Positions 40,017 through 52,746 are shown, counted from the first letter of the stretch. The stretch is DNA of 64,000 nucleotides from Eledone cirrhosa (GCA_964016885.1 OZ024748.1:40238001-40302000); one strand, 5' to 3'. A program made the numbers and translations. Notes: a model not told the origin generated them from the sequence alone.

Positions 40017-40655
40017 TCAAGACTTATGCTTATTATTTAGGTTAGCCAACCTTCTCTGCCTTTTCAACCTCATGTATTCAGCATTGCGGAATTTCCTCAT
40101 TTTTTTTTCAGCTTCTGTTTCATTCTGTATTCTCTCCGCAGCTCTTATTCTCTCCAAAGCAAGACGAGCCTCTCTTTGTTCTTGAGTTTCGTTCACTAAT
40201 CTTTCTGCAGCTCTTAGTCTGATATCATGTATTCTTTTCTTCCTTTGATCATCAGTCTCATTCTTTAATCTTATAGCAGCCCTTTGTCTTAAATCCTCAA
40301 GTCTTTGATTTCTCTGCTCTGGAGTCTCATTAGCAAGTCTTATTGCCATTCTTTGTCTCATGTCTGCAAGTCTTTTTTCTCTTTGTTCTTCAGATTCTTT
40401 CTGCAGTCTATTAGCTGCTCTGTATCTAGCTTGTGCTTTCACCCTCTCCTTTTCTTCACCAACAACCGGGATCAATCTTTTCTCTGGTGTCTTTTTAACT
40501 TGAGATCTTTTTGTACGATGAGTCTCAGCATCTTGAGCTCGTCTTGTTGCAGTTGTATCAGAATTTTGACATGCTCTGTATCTCCTCATATAATCTGCTC
40601 TTGCTGCACGTCGTCTATCTGTTTCTACCGTGTTACCACTATTTTTGTCTTCCAT
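40017..40655 (-). CDS. 212-aa protein with STPR-type 23-residue repeats (putative DNA-binding protein)
   Basis: Intact ORF; tandem 23-aa units ESEEQREKRL..., ETPEQRNQRL..., ETDDQRKKRI..., ETQEQREARL..., ETEAEKKMRK...; units have diverged while keeping the E(T/S)..QR..RL pattern. Confidence 0.72.
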   Translation of the reverse strand: MEDKNSGNTVETDRRRAARADYMRRYRACQNSDTTATRRAQDAETHRTKRSQVKKTPEKRLIPVVGEEKERVKAQARYRAANRLQKESEEQREKRLADMRQRMAIRLANETPEQRNQRLEDLRQRAAIRLKNETDDQRKKRIHDIRLRAAERLVNETQEQREARLALERIRAAERIQNETEAEKKMRKFRNAEYMRLKRQRRLANLNNKHKS

Positions 40656-41954
40656 GACAGAATAAATGTTACTATGGTCTGTTTTTTTTTTTATTTAGAT
40701 CTGTTTTAATGCATTAGCTTCTCCTTTCTTTCCTTTTATAATAAACTGTTCGGGCTTATGAGGTCATATATCATATCTCTAATATATATATATATACAAA
40801 TAGTTGTAAGAAACTCTCAGGAGAGCTGGTCAACAGGTCTTCAAGCGAGTGTTTCAGCCCTTAACTTCTAATATATATATATATATATTTATTTATTTAT
40901 GGTCATATACGAGAGTAAAGCGCTGCCCAAGGCTTCAAGGCCCAAATTTGACCATACTTCCAGAATACAAGAGGCATCAAATTAGTGACCTTTCTTTGGG
41001 TGTTTGTATGAGTTATATATATATATAAATTAGATTTACTGGTCGATGTTCAATATTTTTCTGGGGCCTTAAACAGATTTTCTACCACAATTAACGCTGT
41101 GAAGAACAGCAATTCAGGCGGAGTTAGTAACAAGTAGTCTCCCTTGTTTTTGTGTTAATTGCGTTAAATTGTTTGTTACAGATTGAAAAATAAAATAATT
41201 ATAAAAGTACACGTGGCGTATATTTCATTATAGTTCAATATAAATACATAAATATATATATATATTAACTCTTACTACAATCGTTTACTCTCTTGCTTCA
41301 GTGTTTCCTTCATATATATATATATTTACCCATAACATATATGTTGAGACTTATTTAGGTCAAATATACCGGCAAATATGACGAGACAAGAGTTTTACAT
41401 ATCCACATTTGGTGTTGTGTGTATATAAATGAATATAACTGGTATCTGGAAGATACGTGATTCAATTCCTCATAGCGGCCAATGGCAACTTCTTTTTCCG
41501 TATTTTAAGGGTGTTCACCTTATTTTATAAGCTATCTTTATAGCATCTCTGTGATTGAGCACTTTCTTTATATTTATGTATATACATATATATCTGTTTG
41601 TTTCTCTGCATGAAAGATATATACATAAAGTCTGTTGTGTATATATATATATGTGTGTGAAGATGGAGTTACCTTTAAATAAAAACAAGAGGTTTGTCTA
41701 TAATTTCATCCTTTGTGTCTTTAAACTTATCAACTAAATATAATTATACAGTCTTCACATATTTAGGTAATAAATAACAAATAAATATATATATATATAT
41801 CCTCACGATTTTACACACTTTCGGAATTATACAACAATTCTCCGCTGATGAAGTGAAAACATTCCGTTTAACAGAACCAACATAAAAAACGGTAAATTTG
41901 TTTATATTCGACAACGATCAATTTCAACAGGAAACTGTAAAAATTATTTAACGG

Positions 41955-42000
41955 TTAACCGGAAGTTAATGGAGAACAAAGACCTTGTGACGTCACAAAC
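41955..42000. promoter_or_regulatory. Candidate promoter: ETS site plus palindromic CRE
   Basis: ACCGGAAGT at 41958-41966 and TTGTGACGTCACAA at 41985-41998, in locally CpG-richer unique sequence. Confidence 0.45.
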
Positions 42001-42545
42001 TCTTCCTCCTCCCCTTCCTCTTTACTCTTAGTTAGTCACGCTCTCTACTATTTCTTACTCTTTCTTATCTTTCTTGCACCTTTACTATACTTCTAACTCT
42101 TTCTCTTTCTCCCACTCTGGCTGACTTTTAATTCTCCCTCTCTCTCTCTTCCTTTTACTCTCTTTCTTTCTCTCTTTCTCGTCTGTGTTCCCTTTTTTCT
42201 TTATATTATCTTCGTTCCTAATCTCTCTCTTTCACCCCCTCTCTCTTTTACTCTCTCTCCCTCTCTCTCTCTCTCTCTCACACTCACTACCCTTATTGTC
42301 GTCTCTTTCTTTCCTTATATCCCCCTCGTTCGTATTCTCTCTCATCGTCCTCGCCCTCTCCCTGTCACCCCCCTCTCTCATCGCCCTAACCCTCTCTCAC
42401 CCCCTCACTCCGCCACCCTGTCCTTTTATCACACTCTAACTCTGTATATTCCGTAATTTAAACCACTGAAAAGACCGTACATGTAGCCATATTGCTATCT
42501 ATAACCTTTTCAACCAATTCCTGTGTTAGTTGCGTAAATTATTAA

Positions 42546-42780
42546 CCCTTTCCATATCAAACCATTCCTGCTTCTGCGATACAAATTTTTTTTTTTAAAA
42601 GAATATATATTTATCTAAACATCTCCCATAATAATTCTATGTTATATTATTCCATCGAATGGAAGCATGATAGCGAGAAAGTTGGTTATTTGACTAAATT
42701 ATTTTAAATTCTTCATTATTTTCAATATTATTTGAAAATCACAGGCAGTGTCTTTCCTTAGAAATATGGTAATGAAAGGG
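42546..42780. mobile_element. piggyBac-like MITE, second family
   Basis: TTAA|CCCTTTC ... GAAAGGG|TTAA. Confidence 0.7.
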
Positions 42781-43458
42781 TTAATGACATAGGTAGTGTC
42801 TTTCATTAGAAATATGGTAATGAAAGGGTTAATGACATAGGCAGTGTCTTTTATTAGAAATATGGTAATGAAAGGGTTAATGACATAGACAGTGTCTTTT
42901 ATTAGAAATATGGTAATGAAAGGGTTAATGACATAGACAGTGTCTTTTATTAGAAATATGGTAATGAAAGGGTTAATGACATAGGCAGTGTCTTTTATTA
43001 GAAATATGGTAATGAAAGGGTTAATGACATAGGCAGTGTCTTTCCTTAGAAATATGGTAATGAAAGGGTTAATGACATAGGTAGTGTCTTTCATTAGAAA
43101 TATGGTAATGAAAGGGTTAATGACATAGACAGTGTCTTTCATCAGAAATATTGTAATGAAAGGGTAATGACATAGACAGTGTCTTACATTAGAAATATGG
43201 TAATGGAAGGGTTAATGACATAAACAGTGTCTTTCATTATGGTAATGAAAGGGTTAATGACATAGACAGTGTCTTTCATTAGAAATATGGTAATGAAAGG
43301 GTTAATGATATAGACAGTGTTTTTCATTAGAAATATTGTAATGAAAGGATTAATGACATAGACAGTGTCTTTCATTAGAAATATGGTAATGAAAGGGTTA
43401 AAGACATAGACAATGACTTTCATTAGAAATATGGTAATGTAAGGGTTAATGACATAGA
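42741..43458. repeat. 48-bp minisatellite made from the MITE right end
   Basis: ~15 copies of CATAGACAGTGTCTTTCATTAGAAATATGGTAATGAAAGGGTTAATGA. Confidence 0.95.
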
Positions 43459-43505
43459 CACACATATACATACATACAGAAACACACAAATACATACATA
43501 CACGT

Positions 43506-44177
43506 GGCATACGTTAAGAATAACGTTCGTGAAAGTGAAAGTAAATTTTCTGACAAGTGAATTTTTTTTTGTGTTTTTTTTTACAATGAAAGTTACGATA
43601 CACACGCAATTGTATGGATTTCTTGTTTGTTTATTTACAACAGGTCTCTATAGTGATATGGTGTTAATTAGTATTGCGTGTGTGATTATTTTCTCATATA
43701 TATATGTGTGGGTGTGTATATGTGTGTATATATATGTGTATCTGTATGTATATATATATGTGTGTGTTTGTATATATATATGTGTTTGTGTCATCATAAT
43801 CGTTTAGATGTTTTTGTAATATCTTGCCAAAGTTGGTACCAACTATCTGTCCCCAAAGAAATTAAGGCCGGGTCTTAAGAAGGACAGAGAATGATAAGGG
43901 ATTTGGGTCAGAGGGGCAGCACACATATATATATACATACAGACACACATATATATACACACATATACACACCCACACATATATATATGAGAGAAAATAA
44001 TCACACACGCAATACTAATTAACACCATATCACTATAGAGACCTGTTGTAAATAAACAAACAAGAAATCCATACAATTGCGTGTGTATCGTAACTTTAAT
44101 TGTAAAAAAAACAAAAAAACAAATTCACTTCAGAAAATTTACTTTCACTTTCACGAACGTTATTCTTAACGTATGCC
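43506..44177. mobile_element. Fold-back MITE with ~250-bp arms
   Basis: GGCATACGTTAAGAATAACGTTCGTGAAAG...CTTTCACGAACGTTATTCTTAACGTATGCC. Confidence 0.82.
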
Positions 44178-44739
44178 CACATTTTAATCATTATTATTGA
44201 AGACAGGGTCGGACGCCATGCTTTGACGCATTGGGTTACGGCCATTGCCATTCTGAGTTCAAATCCCGCCGAGGTTAACTTTGCCTTTCATCCTTACGCG
44301 GTCGATAAAATAAAGTACCAGTCATGCACTGGTGTCAATTTAATCGACTTTCCTCTCCTCCAAAATTGCTGGTCTTGTGCCTATATAAGAAACCATTATT
44401 ACTGCCATTAAGGCCAAGCCTGGGTCTTGTACTTTGGAGTTCTTCCTATGTATTACAAAGTCATCAATAAAGAATCTATTAATCTCTATTACGCTAATAT
44501 ATGTTTATATATATGTGTGTGTGTGTTTGTATATATATATATATATATACGATATTAACAAATGGAAACTATATTTATAAAACCATATTTATTTCATTAT
44601 ACATATTTCAAGGACACCAAGTTAAATTATGGTGTGCTTTCAACAGATAAAATATAATATAGATCAGTTTTATAAATAAATATTGACATACCCTTAAAGA
44701 ATGCAACCATTGCTGTTGGAAGCTCCCGGATCTATATTA

Positions 44740-44804
44740 TATTTTATCTGATGAAAGCACACCAAAATTTAACTTTGTGTCCTTGAAATATGTATAATGA
44801 AATA
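44740..44804 (+). ncRNA. Hammerhead ribozyme, family 2, diverged copy
   Basis: TATTTTAT-CTGATGA-AAG.ACAC...GTGT.CTT-GAAA-TATGTA-TA-ATGAAATA. The inverted copy at 44590-44654 has core CTGTTGA. Confidence 0.72.
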
Positions 44805-44931
44805 AATATGGTTTTATAAATATAGTTTCCATTTGTTCATATCGTACTTTTACTCCAAATATTTGTTGAGTGCTTTATATCAGTTATAAAAATATTTGCT
44901 TGTTGTATCCCAACAATTTAAATAGAACTTT

Positions 44932-45009
<78 letters not shown>

Positions 45010-46830
45010 TATGTATATAATAATAATACTATTTATAGTATAGTTTAAATGTTTTAAAGCTGTAATTGTCGAAGTTATTCGTATCCCTGTTTTTGTTTGA
45101 ACGGTTTCTATCGTAATGGAATGTCCTCCATCTCACTCTATTGACAAAAGAGTTGACACTATTGATCAATAATTTTTCATATATATCTTTAGGTGGTATT
45201 GGTATGTTCTTAGTAGACATAGGAAGGTGGTCTTTGATAAGCATACTGGTAATTTAATGTATGTTAGCTCAACTGCATGGAGCAGTAAATAATAATAATA
45301 CTATTTATAGTTATGTATAGTGTATAAACAACTATAAACAGGAAGGTCAGTAATTTGTTATTACCTTATTACCACTAAGAGAAATAGCTCAATGTATGAA
45401 CATCAGTTGTTTTACAAAGCAGGAAAATAACTAAATTATACAATTATCAAAGTTGTGTTCAAATCATTGTGTTCAAATCATTTAATAGCTGACAATCGTT
45501 TCTTCCAAACTCTCGTTTGGAGTCATCGGAGCATTATCAATGTTTGTATATATAATTACCTTCCTATTCAACTGAACAATAATATAGATACATATAAATT
45601 GATGTTGTGAGCAACAGTTTCGTATTTACAGGGTGGAATGGATGTGACATATTTTACGAGAATTGTACAATAATTGTACAAACATTCAAGTTCAAATTAA
45701 AATTAAAATTAAATTAAAATCAAAAGCACGGAGTGGAATACATGCAACAGATAAAACAAGAGAATAGTCCAATTATTAAAGAGGCATCATATGCAGGCGT
45801 GTGGAGAGTGCAACTGCGTTAGTCATATACATGAGAAGGAGACAAGCAAAGCTATTATGCATATATAGATGAATAAATATTGCACTTTAAGCAAATATGT
45901 TAATGTATTAGAATCTATGGTGGATGCTGTATGCTGATAGTGTTCGAATTTGTGTGTGTTGAGAAACATACAGTTTTTGCAGCCTTTTCCATGACATATG
46001 TTGAATTAAATTTTAGTTAATGTTTATATTGAATGTTTTAAGTTAGTTAGAGCAATGGTTTGTAAATTAGTCTTAATGTATTCATATTCATAGACTATAT
46101 TTGATCAACCGTTATATTTTCCAATCGTGAATTTCCGGAAGTGAATAAGGGGAGCTAATTTGTAAGGGGAGGTAACTAGCTAATTAAGTTCAATTCAGTT
46201 ATTAAAATTCTTTGTTCTAATACACATTATAATGTGATACCATTGGATTTCTGTTACATAACGCTGTATATTTATACCTGATTTTAAATACAGTGTATTT
46301 TACTATCATATATTAAAGGTCTCTTTAAATTGTTATCTATTCATTACTGGACAAGGTATATGTTATGAAGGATTGTATAGTTGTTAATATGTCAAAATAG
46401 ATATGCCATATGTGTAATAATATACATTATTGTTTTGAAAGTTAATCCCTAATATACAATGCTATTACATTTTATATTTAATTATAAATGTATATATACT
46501 TTATTATTATTATGTTGTGTAATTTAAGTATTTAATTATACAATTATAAATGTGTATATAGTTTATTATCACATATTACATTAATTGTCTCTACATCCCA
46601 AGTACCAAATATCCATTACTGTATATGATATAATTAATCTATTGTAGTTATATCACAAAGTGGTAACTCTATGTCTAATTCTAACTGTTATTGCAGAGCA
46701 TAAGGTTATAGATGAATAGGAGTTGTGTAGAGGAAAGAGTTGGTCGAAGGGTTTGTGGTTGTGGGTGCTGCTAAGTCCTAGATGTGTAGTGTTAATGGTG
46801 GTGGGAATTCAAATCTGACATTGTTGTATA

Positions 46831-49295
46831 CTAACAGCTAGGTTTAAAGTTATGGAAAGAGTGCCAGTACCGGTGATGGCACGAGGAAAATGTCTCTGAT
46901 TTTCTATTAAGGAGGTCTAGTTTCGAAAAGATTATAGTATGGGTCTCCAGAAGGCAGAGATTATACAATTTATTCGGTGGTTTATACGATGAGGCCCTAC
47001 CTACTACTTCCCATTGCAGTGTAAATGGTCTATTCCTAGTTTTCAGAGAGGATACGTAGCTAGATAAAGAAGTGGAGCTGGCTAGATTGTGTTTTTTGAA
47101 AGAGTGGAGGTGCGAGTTGTATCTCGTCTTGAAGTTGTTTGAAGTAGAACCTATATATGTTTTAGAGGAGTTGTTTGCGTTGACGGTGCATGAGTAGATG
47201 ATGTCTTTGGTTAAGCAATTATTACCTAAGGGGCAAGTTCTATTAGTTCTACAGTTACATTTATTCTGGGTGTTAGCTTGCCGGTTCCTATGTTGGGAAG
47301 AATTCTGGTTGCTAGGGATAGCACTAGGGTAATGATGTCTATCATTCGTATTGTTATTGATTTCATTAGTGCTATTATCATTATTACTATTATTACTACT
47401 ATTGTTTACAGGTACTAAGTTTACCTCCTGTTGTGTTTTAATTAGTTGGAAATAATTATTAATCTTCCGTTTATTACTACTAGCTATATGGTATGCTATG
47501 TTAGGTGTGGTGGAGTACGATATTTTAATTGTATATTTATTGGTACTTTTTACTGGTATTTTTATTGGTATTTTTATTGGTACTTGTGGCCGGTCGGGAA
47601 GTTTTTTCCTAAGATTGAGAAGAAAGCCTTAGGCAAGCTGGTAGAGACGTTTAGATTGAAAGTGGGATTGAAGAATGTATTAGTTCTCCTTCTATTTTTG
47701 TTTATAGTATTGTTTTTTGAGGTATTTATATCCCTGTTTATATTATTATTGTGGTGTTTACTTTGTGCGAGTTAAGTTTGGTATTAATCTTCGTCCTAGA
47801 GTTATAGTGGCTAGTGTTTTTACTATTTTTCCTCATGGCCATATTATGAGAAATAATGTTGTAACTATGTGATTTTATAGGTAGGAATTCAATCTCATTC
47901 TTATGTCCTGATTTAGCTAAAGCCTCATTATAGTATTGTGAATTATTGTTAAATATGGTTTCATTATATGATAGATTAGAGATTCTATTAGATATTTCTT
48001 TAGTAATAGAATTTAATATGGATTTAGGGTAGTTAGAGTTGGTGTTCACATAAATTAGTTGTTCGTTAGGTTTATGATAGGGTGTGTATATTCTAGAGTC
48101 TAGGCTAAGGGTAGCATCGAGGAAGTTGACGTTTTTAGTGTTTTTATCTAAGGTGATACTTAAATTGAAGTTTTTGAAAATTTTGTGTAACTGTTTCCTA
48201 GTTTTTTCTATATTAAATTTTTTTATAGTCTATAAGAAGAAGCGCATCATCGCGGTATAAACCACCATTGAGGTAGGGTAGGTTCTTATGGATTTCATTA
48301 AGTAGGTATAGGCCCACCAAATCGGTGACCTGCGCCGAGTCACTACATCCCATGGTTATGTCGAAGTTGTTATGCGTATCCTTGCGGATAATTGTTCTTC
48401 AAATGTAATTATGGTTTTTCGGGCCGCAAGTATGACGTCAATTTGGGATCTAGTCAGGTCACTATTGTTCATGGCCATAATTAGAGCCTCATTTAATAGG
48501 CGAAATAGAGGTGTAGTATGAATTGATATCAAATTGTATACATTTTTTATTTTTACACTTTTTAATACCCTTGAACCATTCAAAACCTCACCCGTATTTC
48601 CCCATTGGTTAAGGTATATTTTGTGCTTAAATTGTTGGATGATTTTATCTAATATTTTCTTGCTGATAATACCAATGTCAGACAGGGCAAATCAGTCTAA
48701 TTGAAGGGTTACTAATGAAGTCTTCTTTATGGTCCTTCAGAGAGAATCTTGGGGGATTAGGGGTGTATGGCTGTGTATGTCTCTGAAGTCCTAATTTACT
48801 CACTATATTATGGCCTTCAGTATTTATATCTTCTAGGTTTTTAGTAGTAGTTTTCTTGTAGCTCCTATGCAGTCCCTTATATATAAATTTTCTATAAGTA
48901 TCGTAATCTAAGCTATATATATTATTACTTTTATCTGCATGCACTAGGATTTTTTTTTTATTAAATCCTTTAATAGTGGAGTTAAGGTAGTTTAAGGTGT
49001 TGTTTCTATTATGATGTTTTTTGCATTTTATGTTCTTAACTAGTTCAATTAGATCATTTTCAAAGGAATTTAATAATGTGTTGTGGGGAGGGCTTTTAAA
49101 TGTTTTAAAGCCGTAATTGTCGAAGTTATTCGTATCCCTGTTTTTGTCTGAACGGTTTCTATCGTAATGGAATGTCCTCCATCTCACTCTATTGATAAAC
49201 GAGTTGACACTATTGATCAATAATTTTTCATATATATCTTTAGGTGGTATTGGTATGTTCTTAGTAGAAATAGGAAGGTGATCTTTGATAAGCAT
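46831..49295 (-). pseudogene. PLE RT plus C-terminal GIY-YIG endonuclease ORF, disrupted
   Basis: ADKSNNIY, LKDHKEDF..NPSIRLI, FDITMG.SDSAQVTDLVGLYLL, GLYRDD (~48245-48265), then CNCRTNRTCPLGNNCL.KDIIY...TYIGSTSNNFKTRYNSH (~47110-47265); stops and frameshifts present. Confidence 0.9.
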
Positions 49296-49520
49296 ACTTG
49301 TAATTTAATGTATGTTAGCTCAACTGCATGGAGCAGTAAATAATAATAATACTATTTATAGTGATGTATATAGTATAAACAACTATAAACAGGAAGGTCA
49401 GTAATTTCTTATTACCTTATTACCAGTAAGAGAAATAGCTCAATGTATGAATATCAGTTGTTTTACAGAGCAGGAAAATAAATAAATTATACAATTATCA
49501 AAGTTGTGTTCAAATCATTT

Positions 49521-49572
49521 AATAGCTGACAATCGTTTCTTCCAAACTCTCGTTTGGAGTCATCGGAGCATT
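49521..49572 (-). ncRNA. Hammerhead-like ribozyme, family 3, in the PLE pLTR (copies: 45484-45535 minus, 50211-50262 plus)
   Basis: AATGCT-CCGATGA-c-TCCAAAC-GAGA-GTTTGGA-a-GAAAC-GATT-GTC-AGCTATT: 7-bp stem II with GNRA loop, self-complementary stem III, GUC triplet; core is CCGAUGA rather than CUGAUGA. Confidence 0.72.
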
Positions 49573-50300
49573 ATCAATGTTTGTATATATAATTACCCTC
49601 CTATTCAACTGAACAATAATATAGATACATATAAATTGATGTTGTGAGCAACAGTTTCGTATTTACAGGGTAGAATGGATGTGACATATATTTTACGAGA
49701 ATTGTACAATAATTGTACAAACATTCAAGTTCAAATTAAAATTAAAATTAAATTGAAATCAAAAGCACGGAGTGGAATACATGCAACAGATAAAACAAGA
49801 GAATAGTCCAATTATTAAAGAGGCATTGAGAAAGTAGTTTTGAGAAAGGAAGAGTACATTAACAATTCATATGCAGGCATGTGGAGAGTGCAACTGCGTT
49901 AGTCATATACATGAGAAGGAGACAAGCAAAGCTATTTTCTCAAAACTATTTTCTCAATGCCTCTTTAATGATTAGACTATTCTCTTGTTTTATCTGTTGC
50001 ATGTATTCCACTCCGTGCTTTTGATTTTAATTTAATTTGAATTTGAATTTGAACTTAAATGTTTGTACAATTATTGTACAATTCTCGTAAAATATATGTC
50101 ACATCCATTCCACCCTGTAAATACGAAACTGTTGCTCACAACATCAATTTATATGTATCTATATTATTTTTCAGTTGAATAGGAGGGTAATTATATATAC
50201 AAACATTGATAATGCTCCGATGACTCCAAACGAGAGTTTGGAAGAAACGATTGTCAGCTATTAAATGATTTGAACACAACTTTGATAATTGTATAATTTA

Positions 50301-50353
<53 letters not shown>

Positions 50354-50393
50354 AACATGTTCTAATGGTTTTAAACTCTTTGTATTCATTTCC

Positions 50394-50469
<76 letters not shown>

Positions 50470-51007
50470 CACATCTATATATTATATATACATACATACA
50501 CACACCTATATGAGCACACACACAAACACACTATGATGATTTCCAAAGGTGTGAGGTCACCTGAATTATTTCAATATTCTAGTCACGCAAATGATGGTCT
50601 TTTCTCTCAACGTTTCCTGTTTGCCAAGAATTGTAAAAGAAAAGAAATGAGTGGAATAGAGAGATATATATTTGACAATTTTAATGGAGAGAGATATATA
50701 TTTGACAGTTTTAAACCTTTATCATTTACATTACTCTATATACACAATTGTATTTTCACAGTAAAGGCTTTACCTCACATAATATCTCACATAACATCTC
50801 GTATACGAGAGACGTGTGTTGACGTGTGTGAACAAGCTCGGCTACCGAGTCGGATTTACTTACTCAAAAGTGAGTTTTGATTAATTTTTTTATACTGTAA
50901 TATACGTTAACCCCTTGCTTTGGTCGTCAAACTTTGAGTTTATTTATTTTCGCCCCTTTTTGGGGCGAATTTTCCAGTTAAAAACTTATTACGGCAAACT
51001 AATAGAA

Positions 51008-52746
51008 ATGGACGGAATTTTCACATCTCATCCTAACGTGAAAGCCTCGCCCCCTAAGAAAGGTGATACAGAGAAGCTAGAAGCACAAGGCTCTAAGTCT
51101 TCCCTCCTCACTTCTGCAAAAGAAACATGGAACACGGAATTAAAAGAGACATTTGTAAAAATGGGTGAAAACCCAGAAAGTCACATAAACGCAGACAAAA
51201 ACAACAACGACAATAACAGCAATAGTCACAACACCAACCAAGGAAAAAATAACGATAACACCAAACAAAGCGAACCCACTACTGGTGCCTCCTTTGCACA
51301 GGCGGTCCGGAAAACACAAACCTGCAAGCAACTGGACATTACAACTCTGAGAGAAAAGATGAAGGAAGCGAAACAGTATGTAACTTTCAAAGAAGGAGGA
51401 GACTTCACAATCACCTCCCCACAAGAAATCAAAAGAGACACGACGCTAAGAACGATATCTTTCAGAACAATTTCCAACATAACAAGGAAACCAACTCAAT
51501 TATCCCAAAAAGAGATTGAGCTGGTCCTAAAAAATGTGTGGAGTGATATATCGTTCATACAAAAAGGGCCACTCTATGGGAATATAACGGTGCTAATGAA
51601 GGATCAATTGACGGCCAGGAAATACTCTGTGGCGCCAATTGTTTCCAAGCTACATACATTTTTTCCCACATATTTAGGGAAAAGAACGCAGAAAATAAGG
51701 GTCTCTGGAATCCGTCCAAATGCATGCATTTCCTGGGTACTAACAGGATTTTTAGAAGACGAGGACGGAATCCTCTCAGTAGGAGAAGTCACCACAGACG
51801 TTTTCGGCGGTTTGAGCGTGGAGGTTCTGGTCCAAATGAGACCAGAACGAATAGCTAGAATACCACAGAGGGTGTCCCTCGATGGAGAAACATTTATATA
51901 TATTTCAGCCGAGGGTAGGAGGCCCATATGTTACTACTGTTCAAGCAGGGGTCATCTAAGGGCTGCTTGTCCTCAATTGACAAAAAAAAGGCTCTTTTGC
52001 CTACACACCACACACCACCACCGCCACCACCACCACCACCACCTCCACCACCACCACCACAACAACAACAAAAACAACACGGAAAAATAACACAAGACAC
52101 GGCCCCACCCAAAACAACTCCCAAAACACACACAAATACAACAAAACCCCAAAATATACCACTACCCGACAGCACGGACGAGGACCCAGCTGAAACGGCA
52201 CCTAGTGACGAAGAGGGGGAACCCTTCCAACCTGTAAAAAGGAAAAAAAGAAAGCACCACTCGAACATAAACGAAACAAACACACAACCACCAACAAAAA
52301 CAAAACAAACAGAACAAACAAAATCCGCCCCACCCCAAAACATAACACATACAACAAAACGTAAGCACACACAAGAACAACAAACAAACACAACACAAAT
52401 AAAACAGTATACATACATTAACACAAATAACAAAGAACTCGTAAAAACAATACACAAAGACCCTTTGGTGGAAACTGAAGGGCAATTCTTTGCAAGCGCG
52501 GCCAACAAACCGCATTTAAAAATGATAAGACTCCCAATGGACACCTATGCAAAACTAAGAGAGAACTTTCCTGAGGACGTGGGGAAAACATGTACTCGAC
52601 CCTATAACCGCGTCCTCTTGAAACGTTTCCCCACCCACACCTCACCAAACACCCCCACTCCACCACAGAACAACACCCCACCAAACAACCCCTCCAATAC
52701 GCCCATGGATATTGTGCAACCTGCTCCTCAGGAGCCGAACAGGTAG
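51008..52746 (+). CDS. ORF1 (gag-like, CCHC knuckle, Pro/Thr-rich tail in the -1 frame)
   Basis: SFAQAV and CYYCSSRGHLRAAC; frame break at the A8 run 51982-51989; the -1 frame stays open to 52746, 21 nt before the ORF2 ATG. Confidence 0.75.

Larger units (their letters stand above)
45044..50308 (-). mobile_element. Penelope-like retroelement with direct and inverted pseudo-LTRs
   Basis: 45044-45856 duplicates 49096-49935 (pLTR plus ORF start); 49936-50308 is an inverted copy of ~49477-49848; RT and GIY-YIG lie between; both ends abut (TA)n. Confidence 0.92.
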
